The notes under the pieces were generated by a model. The model was not told the DNA's origin, searched no databases, and was given only the letters and a program-made list of their open reading frames with translations. Positions 1-12,084 of a stretch of 64,000 nt of DNA are shown here, piece after piece. Numbering within the stretch: the first letter of the stretch is position 1; every line of letters begins with the position of its first letter. Origin of the DNA: Octopus sinensis (lineage: Eukaryota); assembly GCF_006345805.1 (NCBI RefSeq), contig NC_043004.1, positions 6,944,001 through 7,008,000 of the forward strand, given 5' to 3'. The translations under genes and the position numbers were made by a program.

Positions 1-240
1 CCCCTAGCATAAAGCCAGTTTGCTCACTATTGTAGCTCCACTTAAAGGGGACCTTCCAAGCTGCATGGTGACCTCACTAGTGCTGCCCCTAGTACACACA
101 TAAATGGATTATTTTAGGAAGAGCATCCAGCTGTAGAAAGCATGCCAATGCAGACATTAGAGCACAATGCAATTTTTGTCCAAATCGGATCCTGTCAAAT
201 CACTCGGTCACTGCCAGCATGGAAGATGGATGTCAAAAAA
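1..240 (+). repeat. Diverged repeat ending in an RTE-type 3' tail
   Basis: aggaagagcatccagctgtagaaa...gccagcatggaagatggatgtcaaa matches the tail of the RTE at 37303-37480. Confidence 0.5.
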
Positions 241-254
241 TATATTTACACACA

Positions 255-500
255 CACAAGGCAGTGTATGAGCTTTCAGCTAGTTGAACGACCTGCACAA
301 ATGCTTTGTATCTAGTAATCAAATGTTTATGCCACACATTAGCTCACCCTCTCCATCAAATCAACGTCTGAACAGGTGCTCTGTGTACCACACATCAGGT
401 GTTGAAGTGATCACAGAGCAACATTGTATGATGCGTTTTGCTCTTGAAACCTCAATCTTGCGATGGTGAGTACAACACCTTGACAACTAGGCCATGTGCC
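255..500 (-). mobile_element. tRNA-derived SINE (family D), decayed
   Basis: Minus strand starts ggcacatggcctagttgtcaaggtgttgtactcaccatcgcaagattgaggtttcaag, with A-box-like and B-box-like motifs. Confidence 0.5.
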
Positions 501-506
501 TGTTTT

Positions 507-867
507 ACTCTTTTACTTGTTTCAGTCGTTTCACTGCAGCCATGCTGGAGCACCCGCTTTGGTCGAACAAATCGACCTGAGGACTTATTCTTTGTAAGCC
601 TAGTACTTAGTCTATCAGTCTCTTTTGCCAAACCGCTAATTTACGGGGATGTAAACACACCACCATCGGTTGTCAAGCGATGTTGGGGGGACAAACAGAC
701 ACACATATACGACAGACTTCTTTCAGTTTCCATCTACCAAATCCACTCACAAGGCTTTAGTCGGCCCGAGGCTATAGTGGAAGACACTTGCCCAAGGTGT
801 CACGCAGTGGGACTGAACCCGGAACCATGTGGTTCATAAGCAATCTACTTACCACACAGCCACTCCT
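507..867 (-). mobile_element. tRNA-derived SINE family A, full length
   Basis: Head aggagtggctgtgtggtaag...gggttcagtcccac, body ccttgggcaagtgtcttc, tail ...gactgaaacaagtaaaagag; many homologous copies in the window. Confidence 0.85.
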
Positions 868-1314
868 ATATATATTAACACATACACACATTCTCTCACA
901 ATATATGTATGAGTAACTTGGATGTGCCCAAAGTCTGTTGGCTCATGTTCCACATTCTCTCAAGAATACCACCAAATGAATACTGTTCTAACAAGCTGTT
1001 TAAGGAGCAAATAATACTCCAACCAACCAAAAGTAACAATTTTCTAAATTTCTGCCCCATAAGTAATATGGAAATGATCCCTATTGAGAAAAAGATGCCA
1101 ACAATTTTCTCAGATTACAATAAAGTGGATCTGAAAATATGATTCTAAAAAAATTTGTAGACATGTATCCTATATGAAGCATCCAGTGTCTTTCCAGTTT
1201 AACCTTTCATAAAGCAAACTGAAAATCATTATAACAAAAGATCCTTAAAACAGAATGGCCCTAAACATTTATCTACACACAATAATGACATGAAATTTAA
1301 ATATGTCAATAATG

Positions 1315-1426
1315 CAAGTTGGCAGAAACGTTAGCACGCCAGGTGAAATGCTTAGCAGTATTTCATCTGTCTTTATGTTCTAAGTTCAAATTCCGCCAAA
1401 GTCTACTTTGCCTTTCATCCTTTTGG
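1315..1426 (+). mobile_element. SINE family B, 5' fragment
   Basis: ggcagaaacgttagcacgccaggtgaaatgcttagc...gagttcaaattccgcc...ctttgcctttcatcc, homologous to 63146-63693. Confidence 0.7.
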
Positions 1427-1754
1427 ATGAAAAAGAATCCAGGTTCATAGAAATTATGAAAACAAACCCAAGGCTTTCTTTAAATTTTCTAAAGAAATAA
1501 CCTCAGAGCAGTACAAGATGGGACCATTGTTCTGAGAAAATGGCTCCCTTACTGCAATCCCCCGAAACTTAAGTGAAATATTGAATGAACAATTCAAGTG
1601 TCTTCATCTCTCCTTCGAGGTGAGTTCTGTGCCACTACAGCTGTACCTACAGAGATAGGACGGTTAGTAAAAGGATGCCAACAACACTGATTGTGCTCCA
1701 GTGTGGCCACAGCTCACAGGGTGAAATAGATAAAAAAGTATATTATGTGTATAT

Positions 1755-2121
1755 TCTTTTACTCATTTCAGTCATTTGACTGTGGCCATGTTGCAGCACT
1801 ACCTTATAGAAATTCACCCCAGGACTTATTCTTTGTAAGCCTAGTAGTTATTCTATCAGTGTCTTTAGGCAAACCAATAAGTTATGGGGATATAAACACA
1901 CCAGCATCAGTTGTGAGGTGATGGCAGGTGGAGGAGGGACAGACATATATGTTCATATATCTATACAACAGGCTTCTTTTGGTTTCCGTCTACCAAATCT
2001 ACTCAAGGCTTTGGTTGGCTCAAAGCTATAGTAGAAAGCACCTGCCTAAAGTGCCACGCAATAGGACAACCTAGAACCATGTGGTTGGGAAGTAAGCTTC
2101 TTATGGCACACCCATGCCTGC
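1755..2121 (-). mobile_element. SINE family A
   Basis: Colinear with 507-867. Confidence 0.8.
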
Positions 2122-2143
2122 ATATATCATATATATATATATA

Positions 2144-2621
2144 TCGGGTTGGCAAGAGTAAATTCGTTTTTCGCAAATAGGTTACAATTGTTTTTTATGA
2201 CTTTTGTCAATGTTATGAATTTTTTTCCTTTTGACATTTGATAGCCATTACTTTTAGCTTATTTTAGAAGCAAATTGTACATAACTTTGTTTACAGCTGT
2301 TCGTTCAGTGTCAATTTTAACATGGAGTGCAAAAATGAACATTTTCACCATATTTTACTTTTTTATTACCATAACGGCAAGAAAGCTGCCAAGGCTCACA
2401 AAGAGATATGTGAATGGTAAAACTTTAACGATGATGAACTGAAATTGCACTTGCTTCAGTTTTTGGCCGATAAGGACTAGAAGTTCTATGAGCACAGAAT
2501 CATAAATTTGTCAGAAAGATGGCTAAAGGCCATTGAACAAAATGGAAAATATAATTGATTAAAGTTTGTATGAAAAAATGAGTAATCCTAAAAGAACAAA
2601 ATTACTTTCTTGCCAACCCAA
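2144..2621 (+). mobile_element. Internally deleted mariner (Tc1/mariner) element
   Basis: Imperfect TIRs tcgggttggcaaga / tcttgccaacccaa flanked by TA; encodes a mariner N-terminus (MECKNEHFHHILLFYYHNGKKAAKAHKEICE) joined directly to a C-terminus (KFYEHRIINLSERWLKAIEQNGKY). Confidence 0.8.
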
Positions 2622-2769
2622 TACATATGTATATAATATATGCATATGTGTATATTCAATATGTTCATGTATGTGTATAATATACAGATATCTATATATA
2701 TATGTAAATATAAATTGTTTTTAATGGTGGGACTTGAAATAGACGAAGCTATAAATAAATTGTGTAAAT

Positions 2770-3170
2770 ATTTGGTTAAAGAGCCCTTTGGAGGAATGGT
2801 ACAGTAGATAATAATGCTATAAAAGCTAAAAGACAGGCCAGGTAAATAGCTGAAGAAAGAACAATATCAGATAACCAAAAAACAAGCCAGCCGTCAGGTA
2901 ATATATAGCAAGGATAGAAGCTGAAAAGTAAGATATTTGCCAGCAACACTTTCTCTGATGCCATAAAGAAAGAGGCAAGGGGATATTACTTGTTTATGTT
3001 GCTCAAAGAGAGTACAAAACAGACAGACACAAGTTCTGCTCCCAAGAAGACCTGGTAAAAGAACAAACTATAAAAGTTTGACAATGATCTTATGAAAAGC
3101 ACAATTAAAGCAGCAAAGTCAGCTGCTCCATGAAAAGTATTTGCTGGGGTTTTGAAAATAGCTGGTGGGG
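2770..3170 (+). pseudogene. Highly degraded RTE LINE coding fragment
   Basis: Broken frames give QYQITKKQASRQV / YIARIEAEK, similar to the region upstream of RT in RTE proteins. Confidence 0.4.
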
Positions 3171-3207
3171 AAGGACACACACACATAGACATATACTTGT
3201 TTATATA

Positions 3208-3480
3208 GTTTGTTAGGTGTGGGCATGGCTATGTTAAGAAACTCACTTTGCAAACAAATCGCTTCAGGTTCAGTTCCATGGCAGAGCACTTTGGACAAGT
3301 ATCTTCTATTGTGCTGGATGGCCAATGCCTTGTGAGTGAATTTAGTAGATATAAACTGTGTGTATGCATATATATATATATACACATACATACATATATA
3401 TACTTTTGAAGTGGTTGACATAAGTAAGGGCATCCAGCCGTAGAAACCATGCCAAATCATGGTGGAATTAGAACTCAGAT
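3208..3480 (+). mobile_element. SINE A 5' half followed by microsatellite and an RTE-type tail fragment
   Basis: SINE A head and body to 3365, (TA)/(TACA)n, then gtggttgacataagtaagggcatccagccgtagaaac. Confidence 0.6.
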
Positions 3481-5384
3481 CATAAATAACTGGAAGAAAT
3501 ACTACTAAGCATTTTGCCCAACATGGTAACAATTCTGCCTGTTCCCTGCCTTAATTAGAACACTGTGCAAAACAACACCAATCCTACTTGATACACATGC
3601 CTTTTGTATAAAGAAAATCTTTGTTTAACAGAGGAAACAGTTTCTTTAACTTCCCATTTCTCTTGACTTAGTTTTCGCAAATTTTTGTTTCTTTATAAAG
3701 TATAACTAGCTTCCATCAACCACTTAAGGCCAATTGTAAACTTCCTTTTTTGGTTTGTTTTGAATTTATGGTTCTCACTCTTTTTCAAACATCTCACAGT
3801 ATCTTTCTTTCTTTTTCATTGTACCTGTATTATGCATTGCCTGCATAATATAGACTAACTGATTTTCCTGATTTTTAGCAAGATTTTTCTCCTAAAACAC
3901 TGTTTTTTACTTAAATTCACTTGTACTAAATTTATTTGATAACAGTTATAATTTAGGGACTTAATTGTATTTCTAGTTCCAAACTGTCTTATGACAATCT
4001 GTTGAAACTTGGGTGGACATCAGTCTATATACTGACACATCAAGTGTGCTGTTTTTTCATTGTTGTATTTCCTAGTGTATGAGACATGCAAAAGAATTGC
4101 ACCTCATTTAATATGGCTGTATTACAAATGCGAGACTCAGTGTCATAGGCTAGGAAGCTAGATGAGCAAAAGTCCATTTGGCAAAAGAATTATTACTAAT
4201 AACAAAATATTGAAAACAAACCAAAGTGTCACAGTCTATTTAGCACAAACTTAACAAAAACTGTTTACAGTACATTGGTAATTTATTTTAATTCATTTTA
4301 CCTCCTTCCCCAGCATACATAATCTACACCTGATTTAAGGTTTACATTATTTGACTTTGCTACATATAACAAACATTTTTGAAATTAAATTCTAGAAAAA
4401 TGAATGAAATGCTAACAAGCTTCCATTCATGTGTCAGTTATTTGCACTGAGTGGATGACAACAAAATCACAGCAGTGGTATGCCACCCTGGGTAACCAGT
4501 AGTGATTACATGAAACATCATAGCTAGAAATATGAGTTTTATATCATGTGTGACAATTCTCTTGACTAAAAATTAAACAACTATACAATTGATCTGGAAG
4601 AAGACAAAGTTGAAATATGGTAATCCCATAACGTAGTTTATTTATGGTAAATTTATGGATCATATGTTATTCCAGTATGACTCAACATTGTATTTTTATG
4701 CACAGAAACACATTTTCCCCAGCAAAACTGCTTTAAAATATCTTTAGTAAATGTATGAGAAAATATGCTAAATTTGTTTTTCCACAAAATGAAGGTAATA
4801 CTCTAACATAGTTTTGGCAATGATAACTAAAACAGAAGTAAGGAATTAAATATATTGCTAACCTAAAGCTGGAAACTCCACAAACTGTTGTTTTTTTAAC
4901 TTTACCTATGATGCACTTCGGCTATTTTGTGCACAGCATTTTTATTTTTCAGCCAAATATTCTTTGTGGTTTATGATATTAGAAGCCACAGATTAGTTCT
5001 GATCTCTCTATCATAGAAAAAATCCTTTGTGTATGATTTTTCTCTGGTTTTACTCAATCTTTCAGTGATGAGAATTTTCCAACTCATCCAAACAGTTGAC
5101 ATCTCTCATTTGCAATGTCTTTATTCTTTGGCAGAAATAAAACAGAAACTGTTTCCCTTCTGTAAGCTTCAGCTGCAAATCGGGGAGAATGGTGAGAGGA
5201 GATTGAAAAAAAACAGAGTATTTTGCCAGGAATGTGAATGCAAGCAAATACAAAAATCCAATCATTAAAGTTACAGTAATCTCAACCCTATTCTGCCAAG
5301 CAAAGGCTGTCAATTTATTTCAAGTACAGTGTATAGAAGATGATGTGAAAGAGCATTTCATTACCCTTACTGTAAGGTTCACTT

Positions 5385-5570
5385 TGCCACGTTTGTGTGA
5401 GGCAGATTTTCTATGGCTGGATGCCTTTGCTGTTGCCAACCACTACCTCTGTCCAAGTAAGGAAATATTTCCCCAAGACCAGATATATTTTCACAAAAGA
5501 CTGGAAATGAAGGATAATGCATGTATGATGATGATACTCACACATAACCATGTTAAGGCAACACACACAC
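5385..5570 (-). repeat. Interspersed repeat related to RTE 3' ends (second subfamily)
   Basis: gaggcagattttctatggctggatgcc...gccaacc...caagtaagg; related copies near 19140-19400, 40245-40460, 49340-49520 and 54820-54990. Confidence 0.55.
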
Positions 5571-6147
5571 ACATATAAAGGAAAGCATATTTCCAAAATG
5601 GAAAAAACCCATATCATGAATTTAAAATAATTTCATACTTTATGATGTAATCCACTTTGCATCGGGTGAAAACTGCCAGATATCAAACCTTATGTCACAA
5701 TAAGTATCCAAACATTAATGTAATGTTTGGATAGCAATTGCACCATAAGCTTTGATACCTGGCAGTTTGTACCTGACTGAAAGGCAGATTACACTATAAA
5801 TTATGAAGTTATTTTAAACTCCTGATATGGATTTTTTCCACTTTGGAAATATGTAGTGATCAACTGCATTTATCCAATTTTCCTTCAGACATTTACTTAT
5901 CACATACTTAGTACCAGATTCAAAAGCAACAGAAGTATAAATAGATGGAATTTTATAAAATATATCGTTTCTCACACTTATTAATGTCGAAGCTGAAACA
6001 ACTTAAATAATAATATAATGACTGTAGTTTATGTGGTGTTTGAATAAATATTTTGTGGATCAGAGTTGGAACTACTAAGTGGTTGTTTCACTTGTCCTAT
6101 TTTATTAATACTATATATATTCTGTAAATACAGCAATCACCATGCGA

Positions 6148-6410
6148 TGACTAAAGAAAATAGTCTAATAGTAGGGCATATAAGCCCTTGATGGAAAAAA
6201 AGTAGGTTTTCCTGTATGCGTGGGACTCAAACTCATACCTCTTTGTTCTTAAATCTGACAGAATTAATCAGGTTGGTGTGCTAGTGTAATGGTAGCATTC
6301 TTGTCGCGAAAACAAAAAGGTGTGGGTTTGAGTCCCACGTGCATGGGAAAACCTACTTTTTTTCCATTGAGGGCTTATATGCCCTATTATTAGACTATTT
6401 TCTTTAGTCA
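6148..6410. repeat. Fold-back: about 103-bp inverted arms built from a tRNA-derived SINE-like unit
   Basis: 6148-6250 is the reverse complement of 6308-6410 (about 90% identical); tRNA-like head at 6275-6346 with A box tagtgtaatgg and B box ggtttgagtccc. Confidence 0.8.
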
Positions 6411-6565
6411 CCTATGATGGGCCTCTTCCAGTTTCCATTGACTAATACGCTCACAATGCTTTGGTTAGCCAAGGACTATAGTAGAAGATACTTGCCCAAT
6501 GTACTACACGGTGGGACGGAACACAAGACCATGTAGTTGGGAAGCAAACTTCTTACCACACAGCC
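6410..6565 (-). mobile_element. SINE family A, 5' half
   Basis: Homologous to 720-867. Confidence 0.7.
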
Positions 6566-6764
6566 TATATACATACATACATACCCACCTACCTACATAC
6601 TTGCATGCATGCAAGTATACATATATACATACATACATTCATACATACATCATGGACCAATAGCCAGATTTCTAGCTCCCACTTTGAATGGTATGCATTT
6701 GCAATCCAGGAACAGGAAATATCAACCAAAAACCTAATGCACAAAAGGGATAAAGATGCAGGAA

Positions 6765-8062
6765 AAGCAGTGAAATATGATGGGTGGGGAATCATTTTCC
6801 ATTTAAACTGCACCAGCCTTTGGAATGTCATCCTCACTGTATGTGACCAACCATTATCCTGAAGGAAGAACACCTTTTGTCTTGAAACCAAAGACGGTCA
6901 TTTTTCTTCTAGCGTTGACTTAAGTTACTCAAGCAGCTCATAGCAGATCTCCTTTGTTATCATTTGGTTTGGGTTTAAAAGTTCAAAGTGGACTAACCCT
7001 TTCATATCCCACCAAACAGATAACAACATCTTACGTGGGTGAAGGCCTTCTTTAGCCTGGGGTGCTTGTGTTTCTCCTACTATTCACTGTCTTTGGCGCT
7101 TGACATTTTTATAGAGAACCCATTTCTCCTCACCAGTCACTATTTGGTCCAAAAAAAGGTTCATTCATGAGACGTGACAGCAAAGAAGAGCACATATTCA
7201 CCCTCTGCATATAATTAGACTCGGAAACTTTGTAAGGAACCCATTGACTCTATTTTCTGATGGCACGCAGGTGTTGATGAATGGTTGGAAGACCAAATCT
7301 GAGCTTCTCTACTAGTTCTTCAGCAGTTACTATGGAATCTTGTTCCAACAGGGTTTGTAGGATGTCCTCGTCGAGCTCTACAGATTTTTTAGGATGAGGC
7401 TCATCTTCTCAGCTGTAGTTTCCGGTTCGGAATGGCATGTAAAAACCACCATCTGAACACAGTCGATGCCAGCCTCCCTGTCCCAACTGGCTCCTGTACC
7501 AATAGCACATAAAAAGCACCATCTGAACATGTCTGATGCCAGTGCCACCAGACTGGCTCCCATGCTGGTTGCATGTAAAAAGCATCCACTACACTCTTGG
7601 AGTGGTTGGCGTTAGGGAGGGCATCCAGCTGCAGAAACACTGCCAGATCAGATAGGAGCCTGGTGCAGCCTCCTGGCCTACCAGTCCCCAGTCAAACCAT
7701 CCAACCCATGCCAGCATAGAAAACAGATGTTAAACAATGATGATAACCGTTGACACTGGCTTATGCGTATTGTCCGATCCCCATATATTGCATTAATATT
7801 CCCCACACTTTACGTTGTATTGTTGCCTTTATTGAAGCCATAAAGCAAAATATGCCGAATACGCTCTTTTGTCACTTCCATTATAGCTTTAAAACAGTAA
7901 CTGTTGAAATTGAACTGCACTCTTCAAAACTTGCACCAAGAATAAGTACAAGGTAAAATTACTATCTGCTTTTATAACAAGTTGATGCAGTAGTTTATCT
8001 TGACCCCTCTGACTTTTAGTTCATGCAACTGAAAATACCACATTATTTATGGGATGACCCAA
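6765..8062 (-). mobile_element. Degraded mariner transposon, 3'-truncated, interrupted by an RTE tail
   Basis: 5' TIR tattgggtcatcccataaataatg at the 8064 end; MEVTKERIRHILLYGFNKG start; SVELDEDILQTLLEQ, QWVP, KVFFLQDN and HPSY motifs; many stops and frameshifts. Confidence 0.85.
7431..7747 (+). mobile_element. RTE LINE 3' UTR fragment inserted in the mariner
   Basis: Matches 37303-37620 in reverse; ends gttaaacaatgatgat. Confidence 0.8.
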
Positions 8063-8620
8063 TACACACACATACATTCATACAGACATTCATATATACA
8101 TACTGACAGTGACTGTATATATATCTAGTCACTGTCACTACACATCTATTTTGTATTCATAAGCAATTACTACATGAAATATAAAAAGCATTCAACTGTA
8201 ATAAATCTAGTGTGTAAGTTTAGCCCATGGTTGAGTGAACTTACATTTAAAAGTATTTTTTATGTATCTTGGACTTCATTGTTTATTGTTTCTTTCAAAC
8301 AGTAGGATAGGATCTGAGCTACAAATGGTAGTGGATTGACTGACAGCATAGTTGTTCCTTTGTTGATTTGAGCCAGTGTATATTCTTATTCCAGGAGTGT
8401 TACACTTGAGTGTGTGTATGTTTATATTAGGTGTGGTGTCACACTACTGCATCCTGAGCTGTTGGAGATTTTTTGATATTCAACTGACCTGTTTTTAAGG
8501 ACAAACACAATTTTGTAGGATGTAATATATAAGTGGTTAAAAGCCTGAAATTGTAATTTAATCCAATATTTACAGTGTAAAAAATGATAGTCTTGAATTG
8601 ATATCATAGGTATATTTTTT

Positions 8621-9006
8621 TTTACTTGTTTCAGTCATTAGGCTATGGCCATGCTGGGGCACTGCTTTGAAGAATTTTTAGTTGAACGAATTGACCCCAG
8701 TACTTATTATTTTTTTGTAAAACCTGTTACTTATTCTATCAGTCAGTTTTGTTGAACCATTAAGTTATGGGGGACATAAACGCACCAGCATCAGTTGTCA
8801 AGCAATGGTGAGGGGACAAATACATACACACACACACACATATGACAGGTTTCTTTCAGTTTCTGTCTGCCAAATCCACTCACAAGACTTTGATTGGCCT
8901 GAGGCTATAGTAGAAGACACTTGGCCAAGGTGTCATACACTGGGACTGAATTTGGAACCATGTGGTTGGGAAGCAAGCTTCTTACCACACAGCCACTCCT
9001 GCACCT
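8621..9006 (-). mobile_element. SINE family A, full length
   Basis: Colinear with 507-867. Confidence 0.85.
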
Positions 9007-9018
9007 ATATATATATTA

Positions 9019-9282
9019 TATAAAATTCGTGGGTAAGGCCAGAACAATCCAAAATAAATCCAAGTCAAATCCCAAGAAAACAGGCATATGAATTAATGGT
9101 GACTTACCCTGCATTCAATATTTCAGAGTTACAACCTGCAACATTTGCTATTTCCTGAAGAGGGGGTCATAACCCTGAAATATTGAATGCAGGGTAAGTC
9201 ACCATTAATTCATATACTTGTTTTCTTGGGATTTGACTTAGATTTATTTTGCATTGTTCTGGCCTTACCCATGAATTTTATA
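9019..9282. mobile_element. Fold-back element with about 118-bp inverted arms, probable PLE terminal-repeat inversion
   Basis: 9019-9136 is the reverse complement of 9165-9282; hammerhead core at the apex; TA-rich flanks. Confidence 0.7.
9135..9193 (+). ncRNA. Candidate minimal type I hammerhead ribozyme
   Basis: CUGAAGA (9155-9161), stem II GGGG/CCCU, GAAA (9177-9180), self-complementary stem III AUAU, AUU cleavage triplet, stem I uuc/gaa plus ccugca/ugcagg. Confidence 0.6.
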
Positions 9283-9354
9283 ATATATAAATATATATAT
9301 TTGTCCAACCCATGCTAGCATGGAAAGCGGACGTTAAATGATGATGATATATAT

Positions 9355-9535
9355 ATAGGGAGATTTTACGAAAAAAAAAAAAAGACGAAGACAGGTGGTG
9401 TACAAAACAAACAGATGTATTAGAATAACGCTCAGGAATAGAAAAAGTCTTTTACGTTTCGAGCCTACGCTCTTCTACAGAAAGGGACACAGAAAAAACA
9501 AGGAGAGAAAAAAATGTGTGTAGTGGCTAACAATA
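9355..9535 (-). mobile_element. PLE-type terminal-repeat fragment with an atypical hammerhead-like motif
   Basis: Minus strand 9486-9446: cuuu-CUGUAGAA-GAGC(GUAG)GCUC-GAAA-CGUA-aaag. Confidence 0.5.
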
Positions 9536-10034
9536 ATGGGCTTCTTTCAGTTTCTGTCGACCAAATCCACTTACAGGCCTTTGGTTTGATGAGGCTATAG
9601 TAGAAAACATTTGCCTATGCTACGCAGTGGGACTGAACCCACAACCATGTAGTTAGGAAGCAAACTTCTTGCCACACATTTATGTCTGCACCTATATTGT
9701 TCATTGATAAAATACATAAGAATAATTGTCTTAAATATAATGATATATATAATAAAATTGCTTGAGGTGCCACACATGGGACTGAACCTGAAACCATATA
9801 GTTGGGAAGCATATTTCTTAATCACACCACCATGTCAGCAACTACTCAAAATAAATCAAAACTTTGATATTTATGGTGGAGAAAATTAAACAAAGGAAGG
9901 TTTTGTACATCCTCCATGAATTTTTTATACTATTTCTGTACTTTGTATCTGAGTTCAGACGCTGCCAAGTTAAGTTTCAATTTTAATTCTTGTTGAGTTG
10001 ACTGAATATACATTTTTAATATTCTCGAGTTCAA

Positions 10035-10422
10035 AGGCAGCAAGCTGGCAGAAACGTTAGCATGCCAGGCGAAATGCTTAGCGGTATTTCGTCTGCTGTT
10101 ATGTTCTGAGTTCAAATTCCGCCAAGGTCGACTTTGCCTTTCATCCTTTTGGGGTCAATAAATTAAGTACCAGTTACGCACTGGCGTCGATGTAATCGAC
10201 TTAATCCCTTTGTTTGTCCGCTCTGTGTGTAACCCCTTGTGGGCAGTAAAGAAATAAGAAATGTTAGCATGCTGGGTGAAATTCAAATTTTGCCATGATC
10301 AACTTTGCCTTTCATCCTTTCGGGGTTGATAAATTAAGTATTAGTGGTGCACTGGGGTCGAACTAATCAAGTGGCCTCCTACCCCAAAATTTCAGGCTTT
10401 GCACCTAGATTAGAAAAGAATA
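10035..10422 (+). mobile_element. SINE family B with partial internal duplication
   Basis: Homologous to 63146-63693; ctttgcctttcatcctt..ggggt motif occurs twice. Confidence 0.85.
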
Positions 10423-10587
10423 TTCTCTAGTTGAGTCACTCAATTCTGTATCATAAATGTATTTTCTCATTGTCACATGAATTCAATGGAAAGATAGATT
10501 TTATGTTATAAAACTACACATTTCAATAGGATTTTCAGGAGTTACAAGGATTCCCACAAATATGTAGGTAGATAGAAATACCTGTAA

Positions 10588-10806
10588 TATTGGTTTCGAA
10601 TTTTGGCACAAGGCCAGCAATTTCAGGAAAGGGATTAAGTTGATTACATCGACTCCAGTGTTCAAATTTTACTTATTTTATCAACCCCAAAATAATGGAA
10701 GGCAAAGTTAACCCTGGCAGGATTTGAATTCAGAACGTAAAGACAAATGAAATGCTGCTATGCAGTTTGCCTGGCACACTAAGGATTCTGCTGGTTTGCT
10801 GCCCTT
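10588..10806 (-). mobile_element. SINE family B, decayed
   Basis: Reverse complement of the family B head and body. Confidence 0.7.
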
Positions 10807-10900
10807 GTGGGGGGGGGGGGTCGGTAATATTAAATTGAAAGGAAAGTTGCTAATTGTAGTAAGAAAATATGAATCTGTTTTCCTTTTATTCTACTTAGTT

Positions 10901-11282
10901 GCAGGAATGTGTGTGTGCTTAAGAAGCTCACTTTGTATCCACATAGTTTTGGGTTCAATTCCAGTGCATGGCACCTTGGGCAAGTGTCATCTACTTTAGC
11001 CCTGGGCTGACCAAGCGCCTTGTGAGTGAATTTAGTAGACAGAAATTGAGTGGAAGCTTGCTCTGTGTGTGTTTGTCACCTCCTCCACTGCTTAATAACC
11101 CAACCAGTGTTGGTTTGTTTACACCCCAACAGCTTAGCTATTCAGCAAGAGGGATTGATAGAATAAGTACAAGACTTAAAAAAAAAATACCTAAGTATTG
11201 AGTTTGGTTCATGCAACTAAACTTTACAAGGCAGTGCCCCAGGATGGCCATAGTTCAATGACTGAATCAAGTAAAAGATAAA
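10901..11282 (+). mobile_element. SINE family A, full length
   Basis: Head, body and tail ...atgactgaatcaagtaaaaga present. Confidence 0.8.
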
Positions 11283-12084
11283 AGGCAAGAGATAAAACTA
11301 TCGTTTTTAGGTGTGGCAGTGTGATCAAAAAATCACAGTTAAGTGAGAAACATTCATTTATGATGCCAAGTTTTCTGCAAGTTTTTAGCCATCAGAGATT
11401 ACAAATCACTCCTTTGCAAGTTGAAACCATTCATCAATTTTAACAGTGGTGACTATTCATTTCCTGCTGGTTGCAATGATGAATTAGCCTGCATTTCAAC
11501 CTGGTGACTAATTGGAGCCAGGCTGGCTGAGTATTTTTGCTGGAGACACAGCAGTGTCCACGATGTGATGCGAATCATTGACTTTTCAATGAGTATTTAT
11601 CCAATATGCTATTGACTTGGATTTGACCAGCTGTGACTTTCTTTCTAAGAATGTATTGAAATAGGGATGTTTAGACACACACACACATCTATGTGTAATG
11701 CACACACATATATGCATATATATAAATATATGTACATGCATACACACACACACACGCACACACACATATGTATATATATATATATGCACATGCACACACA
11801 CATATATACACACACATACATATAGATGCATATATATATATATATATATCAGTATGTATGCAGTTCATTTAATCATCCTTTAACAAAAATAGATTTCACT
11901 GAAGAAAGAAATGTAGAAATACATTAAAAAAAACACAAAACCAGAAAATATTGAAATATATTTTTATAGAATGTAAAATATGTTGGTGAATTTCAAAATT
12001 TTGTTTTCAGTGATATTAACAGTAGCATCTTGAAAATTGATTAAAATTTGTTAATTTTTAAAAATTTCTTAATATATATATCTT

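Noticed and set aside
909-1142. 77-aa ORF with FCPISNM resembling the LINE YRPISLL motif
   Set aside because: Similarity limited to a few residues
5029-5313. Overlapping ORFs and an exon-like segment 5066-5161
   Set aside because: Splice signals are plausible, but there is no recognisable protein and no linkable neighbouring exon
6275-6346. Functional tRNA gene
   Set aside because: Mismatched acceptor and anticodon stems, G at position 33, mutated B box, and embedded in a repeat; treated as a SINE-type head
10808-10820. G-run as a G-quadruplex (also 50816-50826)
   Set aside because: Single short homopolymers without four separated G-tracts
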